Below, in pieces: positions 26,571 through 34,678 of a DNA stretch of 64,000 nt. Location: assembly GCA_902561355.1 (NCBI GenBank), contig CACEPG010000004.1:13133-77132 (forward strand), written 5' to 3'. The DNA comes from an uncultured Alphaproteobacteria bacterium (GTDB taxonomy: Bacteria; Pseudomonadota; Alphaproteobacteria; HIMB59; GCA-002718135). The position numbers and the translations under genes were made by a program. Position 1 is the stretch's first letter, and each line of letters opens with the position of its first letter. The notes under the pieces are model-generated. The model had not been told where the DNA came from and searched no databases. It worked only from the letters and a program-made list of their open reading frames with translations.

Positions 26571-27488
26571 TTTAAAAAACTCTTTTACTGAATTTGCAAT
26601 AAATTCGCTTACTCTCGTATTAGACTCTTCAGTCACACCAGCAATATGAGGTGTAAGTATACAATTTGTATTACTTTTTATACTATTTAAAAAATTTTTT
26701 TGTACTGGCTCGTTATCATATACATCAAGAGCAAATCCCGTTATTAGTTTTTCATCATAAGCTCTTAATAAATCTTCTTCATTAATTATAGAACCTCTTG
26801 AAGAATTAATAATGATGGGTTGTTTTAGCATTTTCTTAAAAACCTCGTAATTCAATAAATTTTTAGTATTTACATTAAGAGGTAAATGGATTGAAATAAT
26901 ATCAGCTAGTTGAAATATCTCCTTTATATCAAGTAACTTAACATCAAATTTATTACCAACACTGGAATCAATAAATGGATCATATGCAATTATTTTAGCA
27001 TTAAATACCTTGGCCAAGATAGATACTTTTTTTGCAATTAAACCAAAACCCAATAAACCAATTGTTTTACCTTGCAATTCTTTTGAAGCAATTGATGTAC
27101 GGGGCCAATTACCTATTGAAGTTTCCTGATGCATTAAAGGGAGATTTTTTAATAAGGATAGGGATGTATTTATTACATATTCTGCGACAGAATCAGCATT
27201 CATACCTGTAGCTGGCTGCACAAAAATGTTATTGCTTTTACAATAATCAGTATCAATATTATCTAAACCGACTCCTAAACGTCCAATAAATTTTAAATTA
27301 GTTGCTTTTTCTAGCACTTCTTTTTTAACTTGAGTTTTATTTCTCACAATTAAAGCATCAAATTTACTAATTATTTTTTTTAACTCATTAGAGTTTGCTG
27401 ATAAATCATGATCAACTGTAACATCAAAATTTATTTTTAGAACTTCTACAAATCTAACTTCCATAAATTCTGTGATCAATATTTTCAT
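26565..27488 (-). CDS. D-isomer-specific 2-hydroxyacid dehydrogenase (PGDH/GyaR-like)
   Basis: 307 aa. NAD motif GLLGFGLIAKKV, plus SSRGSIINEEDL, LDVYDNEP and TPHIAGVT. Confidence 0.88.
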   Translation of the reverse strand: MKILITEFMEVRFVEVLKINFDVTVDHDLSANSNELKKIISKFDALIVRNKTQVKKEVLEKATNLKFIGRLGVGLDNIDTDYCKSNNIFVQPATGMNADSVAEYVINTSLSLLKNLPLMHQETSIGNWPRTSIASKELQGKTIGLLGFGLIAKKVSILAKVFNAKIIAYDPFIDSSVGNKFDVKLLDIKEIFQLADIISIHLPLNVNTKNLLNYEVFKKMLKQPIIINSSRGSIINEEDLLRAYDEKLITGFALDVYDNEPVQKNFLNSIKSNTNCILTPHIAGVTEESNTRVSEFIANSVKEFFKL

Positions 27489-27492
27489 AAAA

Positions 27493-28398
27493 TTATATTT
27501 TCCTTAACTGGATTTGTTTTGTAAAATTTTTAACAGATGAAAACGAAGGTAGGGAATAAATACCTCCATATTTGGTGCATTTTAAAGAAGCAGTGGCAGT
27601 AGCTAATTTCATTGTCTCAATAATAGAATACTTTTTATGTATAAAGGCTGCAAATGCTCCATGGAAAACATCTCCTGCACAATTAGTTTCAACAACTTTT
27701 ATTGCTGGAGGTTTACAATTAAAAATAATACCATTTTCAATCCAATAAACCCCTTTTTTACCCGCAGTGATGGCATAGAATTTATTTTTTAATGAATTCA
27801 TTTTCTTTAATGAACTAATTATTGATTTGGTTTTTGTATATTCGAACGCACCTGTTTCAGAAAAGATAGGATATGAAGCAAGATCTACAATTTGTTTTAT
27901 TTTTGAGGTTAATTTATAATTGTCCAAATCAACAACATGTATTAAATTTTTTTTTTTACAATTTTTAGCAACATAAAGAGAGGCATCAACCCATCGTAAG
28001 TCAGTAATAAAAGTTGTATTTTTACTAAAAGAGATTTTAGGTAATTTTCTATTTTTCAATAATTTTTTTTCATTAAAAGCAGCTAGAAGTCTTTCACCTT
28101 GCTTATCTTCATAAACATAACTTTGTGATGTTTGAGCTCCTTTAATTGTTATAGAATCTTTGTATTTAATTTTAAATTTATTCAACTCTCCTGTTAAAAA
28201 TTTAGACACATCATCATCTCCAAACCTACCAATAAATGAAGTGTTTATTCCAAGTTGTTTTATAGTAAAACAAGCTACAGCAGCTGATCCCCCAAGTCTC
28301 TTTTCAATTCCTTTAGCTAATATTTTTATGGGAGTTTTAGGAAATGAATCAATTTTAATGATATGATCTAGAAAAATTGAACCAACTGAATAAATCAT
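27493..28398 (-). CDS. PfkB-family carbohydrate kinase
   Basis: 301 aa. N-terminal GGSAAVA-type motif (RLGGSAAVAC) and the C-terminal PfkB signature VETNCAGDVFHGAFA. Confidence 0.85.
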   Translation of the reverse strand: MIYSVGSIFLDHIIKIDSFPKTPIKILAKGIEKRLGGSAAVACFTIKQLGINTSFIGRFGDDDVSKFLTGELNKFKIKYKDSITIKGAQTSQSYVYEDKQGERLLAAFNEKKLLKNRKLPKISFSKNTTFITDLRWVDASLYVAKNCKKKNLIHVVDLDNYKLTSKIKQIVDLASYPIFSETGAFEYTKTKSIISSLKKMNSLKNKFYAITAGKKGVYWIENGIIFNCKPPAIKVVETNCAGDVFHGAFAAFIHKKYSIIETMKLATATASLKCTKYGGIYSLPSFSSVKNFTKQIQLRKI

Positions 28399-28418
28399 AG
28401 TTTCTTATAAAGAAAAAA

Positions 28419-28988
28419 TTAAAGGTACGAAACCAAACCTATTTTTTTCCTAAATCGATCTCTTATTGTTACAGGATTAAGCGGTATTGGTTTAACTGGT
28501 ACATTTCCTGATTTAATCTTAGATATTATAACATAAGAATTATTTTTATCAGAAAGTGCTTTCTGTAAGTTTTCACTAGTTTCTTCTCCTGAGCATTGAA
28601 TAACATTTTGGCATCCTGAGCCTTTTGCAACATCCTTCAATGAAGTACGCTCACCAGTAAAAGTTTTTTGATCACCAGTAGAACCATAAGATGCGTTATC
28701 AATTATTAATAAGGTATAATTAGAAGGCGCTCTATTACCTATCGTAGCAAGTGTATTCATATTCATTAATACAGATCCATCCCCATCTATACTAATAACA
28801 TTTTTATTTATTGATAATGCTAGCCCTAATCCAATGGAAGATGATAATCCCATACTTCCAAGCATGTAAAAATAATTTGGTTGATCATTGATTTGATACA
28901 ATTCTTGAGATGGAAGACCAATATTACAAATTACTAATTCTTCTTGAATAGTTTTTTGTAATAATTTTAAAAGTTCAAATCGATTCAT
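28419..28988 (-). CDS. comE: Sulfopyruvate decarboxylase beta subunit (ThDP-binding; phosphonopyruvate decarboxylase is the alternative)
   Basis: 189 aa. ThDP motif GDGSVLMNMNTLATIG...N. Split alpha/beta arrangement with a 4-nt overlap. Confidence 0.7.
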   Translation of the reverse strand: MNRFELLKLLQKTIQEELVICNIGLPSQELYQINDQPNYFYMLGSMGLSSSIGLGLALSINKNVISIDGDGSVLMNMNTLATIGNRAPSNYTLLIIDNASYGSTGDQKTFTGERTSLKDVAKGSGCQNVIQCSGEETSENLQKALSDKNNSYVIISKIKSGNVPVKPIPLNPVTIRDRFRKKIGLVSYL

Positions 28989-29485
28989 TGATCATCTTTC
29001 ATTAAATCAAAATTACAAAGAATGGCTACTGGACCCTCTATTACTTTTGCATGTTTTGATTGTGTTTCTATTTTATGAATATCGCTTTCTTTATTACAAT
29101 GAAGTATAGGTATGCGAAGTGTATTAAGAATTTCTTCAGTTACACTAGCCATTGCACCTTGTGCTCCTACAGGTTCACCTGGCGTACCTCTATAACTAAT
29201 TAAAAATACTATTGGCATTTGATACAATTGCAAAAGAGAGACGATGGAATTTACAGAATTACCAATACCAGTATTTTGCATCATTATACAAGGAAGTTTA
29301 TTTCCTAAATAAGCTCCTGCACAAATTCCCATACCTTCTTCTTCTCTAGGTATTGCTGAATAAAATACTTCTTTGTCTGCCTCTAAGATTGTAATCATAT
29401 TAGCTAAAAGTTTACACGGGACACTTAAGAAAAAATCTACTCCACCATCTTTAAGTTTAGATATTATTTTTTGGCTAATTTTCAT
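28985..29485 (-). CDS. comD: Sulfopyruvate decarboxylase alpha subunit (ThDP pyrimidine-binding domain)
   Basis: 166 aa. Reads SVPCKLL...PREEEGMGICAGAYLGNK...MQNTGIGN, with the size expected of ComD. Confidence 0.7.
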   Translation of the reverse strand: MKISQKIISKLKDGGVDFFLSVPCKLLANMITILEADKEVFYSAIPREEEGMGICAGAYLGNKLPCIMMQNTGIGNSVNSIVSLLQLYQMPIVFLISYRGTPGEPVGAQGAMASVTEEILNTLRIPILHCNKESDIHKIETQSKHAKVIEGPVAILCNFDLMKDDQ

Positions 29486-29546
29486 TTATTCCCTAATAAT
29501 TTAAAGCAATAATAAAACAAGAATTTAATAATTGAAATTGATTTAA

Positions 29547-30452
29547 TTATATTTTTCTTTCTCTATGTTTAATAGTGATTTTTTGTTTAACATAAATAAT
29601 TATACCACCTAAAACAATAAACAATGCGCCAGGAAATAATTGATCAATAGGCCACTCTTTAAAGAATATCCAACCTAAAATTAAAGCAAAAAATATTTCA
29701 ATATAGTCAAAAGGCATAATTTTACTAAGTTCTGCTTTTCTTGAGCCATAAATTAATAATAAAACACCTGAACCACCTGCCAAACCCATTATAAACAATA
29801 TAAGCAAATCATATAAACTTTTAAAATTTTCCCACATATTAAATGTAATAACTAAGAGTATTGCACAAATTAAAGTTCCAATATTGGCGTAAAGATTAAT
29901 TAATGGCACAGGGGTATCATTTGAAAAATTTAAAGCTGTTACCCTAGCAAGAGAATAACCAAAAGCAGCCATTACTGGAAGTAACATATAATAATTAAAA
30001 CTTTCAGACCAAGGTTGCATAATAAAAATTATGCCTACGAAACCTGTTAATACAGCTAATGATTTATACCATCCAAATTTTTCACCTAGTAGTGGTATTG
30101 CTAATAATGTAATCATGATTGGTCCTGTGTACTCCATTGTTGCAACCAAAGCGTAGGGTAAATAAAGATAAGAGGTATATAAACATAGTTGCGCAAAAGA
30201 CATAATTAGTCCTCTTGCTAAGCCAAAGCGCCATCTTTTTATTACTAATTTTTTTCCACTAGCATGCCAGTCTTGTGAAAAATACAATGCAATAAAACAT
30301 GGTATCATTCCAAACAGATTTCTAAAAACTGATAATTGTGCAGCTGGATAATCTTCTCTAAGGTATTTTATGGCAATGCCCATACAGTCTAATAAAAATA
30401 ATCCAGATAAGGAAAGTACAACTGCTATAAATAAATTACTTTTCACCCACAA
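29547..30452 (-). CDS. EamA/DMT-superfamily transporter
   Basis: 301 aa, about 10 TM helices. Non-ATG start (TTG at 30452 or GTG at 30446) overlapping the 3' end of the upstream ATPase gene. Confidence 0.75.
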   Translation of the reverse strand: MWVKSNLFIAVVLSLSGLFLLDCMGIAIKYLREDYPAAQLSVFRNLFGMIPCFIALYFSQDWHASGKKLVIKRWRFGLARGLIMSFAQLCLYTSYLYLPYALVATMEYTGPIMITLLAIPLLGEKFGWYKSLAVLTGFVGIIFIMQPWSESFNYYMLLPVMAAFGYSLARVTALNFSNDTPVPLINLYANIGTLICAILLVITFNMWENFKSLYDLLILFIMGLAGGSGVLLLIYGSRKAELSKIMPFDYIEIFFALILGWIFFKEWPIDQLFPGALFIVLGGIIIYVKQKITIKHRERKI

Positions 30453-31435
30453 TTAACACAACATTGATCAACCCAATGATCTGGTTCAACTTGAATTAAA
30501 CCCATTTCTATATTTCCTTCTTTACAATCATGCGTTGGGTTTGGACATCTTGTTCTAAAGACACAGCCTGAAGGAGGATCCATTGCGCTAGGAATTTCTC
30601 CCTTTAACTCTATTGCAGTAGATTTATTTTCAGGATCTATTGATGGAATAGAAGATAATAAAGCTTTAGTATAAGAATGACGAGGATTAGAGAATAATTT
30701 TCTTGAAGGTGCCATCTCAACTATATGACCTAAATACATTACAGCAACAATATCACAAACGTGAGCCACAACACTTAAGTCATGACTAATAAATAAATAT
30801 GTTAAATTTAATTCATTTTGTAACTGTTTAAGTAAATTTAAAATATCTGCTTGTATTGAAACATCTAATGCTGCCACACTTTCATCAGCAACTATAAATT
30901 TTGGATTACTTACAAGAGCTCTTGCAATAGAAATACGTTGTCTTTGACCTCCTGAAAATGCATGGGGATATCTTCTTAAATGCTCTAAATTTAATCGACA
31001 TTTTGAAGCAATTTCTCTAACTTTTTCATCAGTTTCTTGACGTGAATTTGTAATCTTCATCACCTCTAAAGGTTCTGCAATTATATCCCTAACTGTCATT
31101 CTTGGGCTAAGAGCAGCGTATGGATCTTGAAATATAAGTTGTGCTTTTTTTCTATAATCTTTCATTTCTTTTGCAGTAATTCTTGTTAAATCAAAATCTC
31201 TTTCATCATCATGAAAAATCACATTTCCTTGACTAATTTTGTTGGCACCTAATATTGCTCTGCCTAGAGTAGTTTTGCCTGAACCAGACTCACCAACTAA
31301 ACCAAAGAAAGATCCTTTTTTAATCTTAATATTAATATTATTAACTGCTTTTATTTTTTGTTTTTTTGATAAAAAATTTTCTTGATAATCAAAAGATACA
31401 GATAAATTATTTACTGATACTATATTTTCACTCAT
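30443..31435 (-). CDS. Opp/Dpp-type ABC transporter ATP-binding protein (OppF/DppF-like) with a Cys-rich C-terminal extension
   Basis: 330 aa. Walker A GESGSGKTT, signature FSGGQRQR, Walker B FIVADESVAALD, and C-terminal CVFRTRCPNPTHDCKEG...QCCVNCG. Confidence 0.9.
   Translation of the reverse strand: MSENIVSVNNLSVSFDYQENFLSKKQKIKAVNNINIKIKKGSFFGLVGESGSGKTTLGRAILGANKISQGNVIFHDDERDFDLTRITAKEMKDYRKKAQLIFQDPYAALSPRMTVRDIIAEPLEVMKITNSRQETDEKVREIASKCRLNLEHLRRYPHAFSGGQRQRISIARALVSNPKFIVADESVAALDVSIQADILNLLKQLQNELNLTYLFISHDLSVVAHVCDIVAVMYLGHIVEMAPSRKLFSNPRHSYTKALLSSIPSIDPENKSTAIELKGEIPSAMDPPSGCVFRTRCPNPTHDCKEGNIEMGLIQVEPDHWVDQCCVNCG
30450..30565. repeat. 116-nt near-identical tract, copy 1 (3' end of the OppF-like gene)
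   Basis: Hand alignment to 31446-31561 gives 4 mismatches in 116 nt. The remainder of the two paralogous genes is much more diverged. Confidence 0.9.
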
Positions 31436-31438
31436 AAC

Positions 31439-32419
31439 TTAACCGCAATTAACACAACATTGATCAACCCAATGTCCTGGTTCAACTTCAATTAAACCCA
31501 TTTCTATATTTCCTTCTTTACAATCATGCGTTGGGTTTGGACATCTTGTTCTAAATACACATGCGCTTGGTCTGTCTAAAGGGCTTGGTATATTTCCTGG
31601 TATTGGTTTTAAAGGTGCATCAAGATTATTAATATCAGGTAGAGCGTTTAAAAGACCTTTAGTATATGGATGTTTAGGATTTTTTAAAATTTCATTAACA
31701 GGTCCTTTTTCTACTACACTACCTAAATACATCACCGCTACATCATCTGCTACTTGAGCAATTACACCTAAATCATGAGTTATAAAAATAACACCCATAT
31801 TAAATTCTTTGATTATATCTTTCATTAAATTGATAACTTGTGCTTGTATAGTTACATCAAGTGCAGTGGTTGGCTCATCAGCTAACAATAATTTAGGCAT
31901 TGTAGATAATGCCATAGCAATCATTGCACGTTGTCTCATACCTCCAGATAATTCAAATGCATACTGGTTAAATCTTTTTTCTGCATCAGCAATCCCTACT
32001 CTGTTCAACATATCTATAGATATATTTTTTGCTTCCTTTTTGTCTAGCGGCTTATGAAGCATTAATTGCTCAACCATTTGGTAACCAATTTTAATTGCTG
32101 GAGCAAAGCTGGCCATTGGTTCTTGAAAAATCATTGAAACTTTTCCACCTCTAATTTTTTTTAAGTCATTTTTAGAAGTAAATTTTAAAACATTTTCATC
32201 ATCAATTATTATTTCCGCAGTATCGTTATAAATTGTATTTCCTGGATTAAGTTGCATGATTGATTTAGCAGTAACTGATTTACCAGAACCTGACTCACCA
32301 ACAATCCCCAAAACCTTACCTTGATCTAATGAAAGAGATACATTTTCTATTGCAGTAATGCGCCCTTCATCAGTATCAAATTTAACATCAAGGTTGTTTA
32401 TCTCTAATAGATGAGCCAT
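31439..32419 (-). CDS. Opp/Dpp-type ABC transporter ATP-binding protein (OppD/DppD-like) with a Cys-rich C-terminal extension
   Basis: 326 aa. Walker A GESGSGKSV, signature LSGGMRQR, Walker B LLLADEPTTALD, and the same C-terminal CVFRTRCPNPTHDCKEG...QCCVNCG. Confidence 0.9.
   Translation of the reverse strand: MAHLLEINNLDVKFDTDEGRITAIENVSLSLDQGKVLGIVGESGSGKSVTAKSIMQLNPGNTIYNDTAEIIIDDENVLKFTSKNDLKKIRGGKVSMIFQEPMASFAPAIKIGYQMVEQLMLHKPLDKKEAKNISIDMLNRVGIADAEKRFNQYAFELSGGMRQRAMIAMALSTMPKLLLADEPTTALDVTIQAQVINLMKDIIKEFNMGVIFITHDLGVIAQVADDVAVMYLGSVVEKGPVNEILKNPKHPYTKGLLNALPDINNLDAPLKPIPGNIPSPLDRPSACVFRTRCPNPTHDCKEGNIEMGLIEVEPGHWVDQCCVNCG
31446..31561. repeat. 116-nt near-identical tract, copy 2 (3' end of the OppD-like gene)
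   Basis: See 30450-30565. Confidence 0.9.
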
Positions 32420-32421
32420 AA

Positions 32422-33582
32422 TTATTTGGTTTTATGTGGATCTGCTGCATCTCGAAGACCATCTCCGACATATACAAATGTTAAAATTAAAACAACTAAG
32501 AAAAAAACAGGTATGAAATACCACTGATAGTTTAACAAAACATCTGCCTTAGTTGCGTTTTGTAAAAGTACACCCAATGAATTTACAGGCTCTCTTAAAC
32601 CTAGCCCAATAAAACTAAGAGCTGTTTCTGATAAAAGCATGTACGGAAAGCTTATTACGAGATCAACTATAATATAACTTGTAAAACTTGGTAAAAGATG
32701 TCGAACAATAATATGTGTTGATGATGCACCACACATTTGAGCAGCTAAAATATATTCTTGACTTCTCTCACTTAGTAAATGTGTTCGAACACGCCTTGCT
32801 AATGTTGGCCATGAAATCAAACCTAGCAAACAGGATATAAAGAAAAATCTTAGTTCAGAACTCCATTCAAGAGGTGCAAAAGCTGCTAAACACATAAATA
32901 AAGGTATGGGTGGTACTGTTCGTATAGCATCAGTAAACATTTGCAGCAGACTATCAATCCACCCGCCATAATATCCTGAGATACCTCCAATAATTAAAGA
33001 TAGAACAAAAGAAATAAAAACTCCCAATGTTCCGACTGCAAGTGAAATATAAATTGCACTTAAGGTTCTACTAAACAAATCCTTTCCTGCTTTATCTGTA
33101 CCAAAAAGATGAATACCTCCTTCTTCAACACCAAATAAATGTGTATCAAATGATAATCCTGGAATAGTAAAATCTAATCTCTTACCAGGGAGATTAATTT
33201 TATAATTAAAATATTTATATTCCCAACCTTTAACAAAAAAATAAACATAACGTCTTTTCTCAGTATCAATTTTATATACCCATCTAAAATTTGTATCCGC
33301 ACCTCTATATTTGCTTAAAGTATGAAGAAAAGGTCTTGGTGAAAAACCATTTTCATCCCAAAACATAGGAATCTGAGGAGCTCCATTTTCATAATCTTTG
33401 TCACGACCAGCAATTGTTGGATCATATGGAGAGAGAAAACCTGAAAATAAACTGCACACAATCATAAATAACAATATTGAGCCAGCAATCATCGCAGAAC
33501 GATTTCCAAAGAAACGAGTTCTTACCAATTGCATTTGGGTAGCAGTATAATATGCTTCTTTCTTTTTTGAACTAACCTCCAC
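32422..33582 (-). CDS. Opp/Dpp-type ABC transporter permease (OppC/DppC-like)
   Basis: 386 aa. Long loop after TM1, BPD_transp_1 core, and overlap with the upstream permease gene. Confidence 0.88.
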   Translation of the reverse strand: MEVSSKKKEAYYTATQMQLVRTRFFGNRSAMIAGSILLFMIVCSLFSGFLSPYDPTIAGRDKDYENGAPQIPMFWDENGFSPRPFLHTLSKYRGADTNFRWVYKIDTEKRRYVYFFVKGWEYKYFNYKINLPGKRLDFTIPGLSFDTHLFGVEEGGIHLFGTDKAGKDLFSRTLSAIYISLAVGTLGVFISFVLSLIIGGISGYYGGWIDSLLQMFTDAIRTVPPIPLFMCLAAFAPLEWSSELRFFFISCLLGLISWPTLARRVRTHLLSERSQEYILAAQMCGASSTHIIVRHLLPSFTSYIIVDLVISFPYMLLSETALSFIGLGLREPVNSLGVLLQNATKADVLLNYQWYFIPVFFLVVLILTFVYVGDGLRDAADPHKTK

Positions 33583-34585
33583 CCATAACTCCTTTCCTTA
33601 TTCTTGGATCCATTATTGCTAAAATTATATCAGTTATAAAATTTACAAATACTATTGTTGCAGTTAATAAAAAAATAATAGCGCCAGCTAATTGCTGATC
33701 ATTAGATCTAGCCAAAGCCTCTATCAATAATGCGCCAGCTTCAGTTAAAATTAAAATCAATGCAACAACTGGAAGAGCACTAAATATTCTATTTAAATCA
33801 AAACCAATGGAATTGATTACTGGTCCAAGTGAGTGTTTTGCTGGGTAACGCCATAATAAACTCATACCTGATATTCCTCTAGCTCTTGCTGCCATTACAT
33901 ACAGTTTATCATTTTCATCTAACATTAATGCTCTTACGGTTTGAAGTGCAAAAGCAGTGGCATTCCATCCAAGAACAAAAATTGGTAGCCAAGCTCTGCT
34001 AAGAAAATCTTTTGCCTTATCAGCCGACCATGGAGCATTTTCATATTCTTGGGAAAATAAACCGGTCATCGTATCTCCAAAATATACTGTCATAAAAAGC
34101 ATAATACAAAGTGCTACTAAAAAATTTGGTAAAGCTATACCAAGATAACTAACAAATTTAAGAGTCTGATCTAAAGAAGCATATTTTGTCGTGGCGGAAA
34201 TAATACCAACTGGTATCGCTATTAAATAAGAAAAAATTAATGCTACTAAACATATAGTAAGTGAGAGAACAAACCTTCCACTAAGAAGTTCATTAATACT
34301 CATCCGAAGAATACAACTATCTCCAAAATCTTGTCTAACAACAATATCTGAAACCCATTTTCCATATCTATAAAAAAAAGGCTTATCTAAACCTAGTCGA
34401 ACTTTTTCAGCTTCAATATCTTCAAATGTTATCTGGGAACCTTGTGTATTTTTAAATGCTAAATATCTTTCTGCACATGTACCAGGAACTAATTCCATTA
34501 ATGAAAAAACTATAAAACAAACTATGAGCAATGTAACAATAGCTAAAAAAGCTCTGGTCAATGTGAATTGAATAAAATTAATCAT
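33572..34585 (-). CDS. Opp/Dpp-type ABC transporter permease (OppB/DppB-like)
   Basis: 337 aa. The N-terminus FTLTRAFLAIVTLLIV...FSLMELVPG is typical of DppB/OppB, and the C-terminus reads DILAIMDPRIR. Confidence 0.9.
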   Translation of the reverse strand: MINFIQFTLTRAFLAIVTLLIVCFIVFSLMELVPGTCAERYLAFKNTQGSQITFEDIEAEKVRLGLDKPFFYRYGKWVSDIVVRQDFGDSCILRMSINELLSGRFVLSLTICLVALIFSYLIAIPVGIISATTKYASLDQTLKFVSYLGIALPNFLVALCIMLFMTVYFGDTMTGLFSQEYENAPWSADKAKDFLSRAWLPIFVLGWNATAFALQTVRALMLDENDKLYVMAARARGISGMSLLWRYPAKHSLGPVINSIGFDLNRIFSALPVVALILILTEAGALLIEALARSNDQQLAGAIIFLLTATIVFVNFITDIILAIMDPRIRKGVMGGG

Positions 34586-34630
34586 AGTTCATTTCTCATA
34601 ATTGATACTCAAGAATAATTAAAAAAAGAA

Positions 34631-34655
34631 AAGCGGCAATACAAAATTGCCGCTT
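34631..34655 (-). terminator. Intrinsic terminator/attenuator hairpin between the binding-protein gene and the permease genes
   Basis: aagcggcaat-acaaa-attgccgctt. On the minus-strand RNA it is followed by uuucuuuuuuu. Confidence 0.75.
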
Positions 34656-34678
34656 TTAAACATATTTATTAACTTATC

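Noticed and set aside
28419-29485. Phosphonopyruvate decarboxylase (phosphonate biosynthesis) instead of sulfopyruvate decarboxylase.
   Set aside because: This is not excluded by sequence alone. However, no PEP mutase or AEP transaminase is visible nearby, the enzyme is split into ComD/ComE-sized subunits, and xsc, pta and aprBA, which use the sulfopyruvate decarboxylase product, are in the same window. It is kept as the stated alternative.
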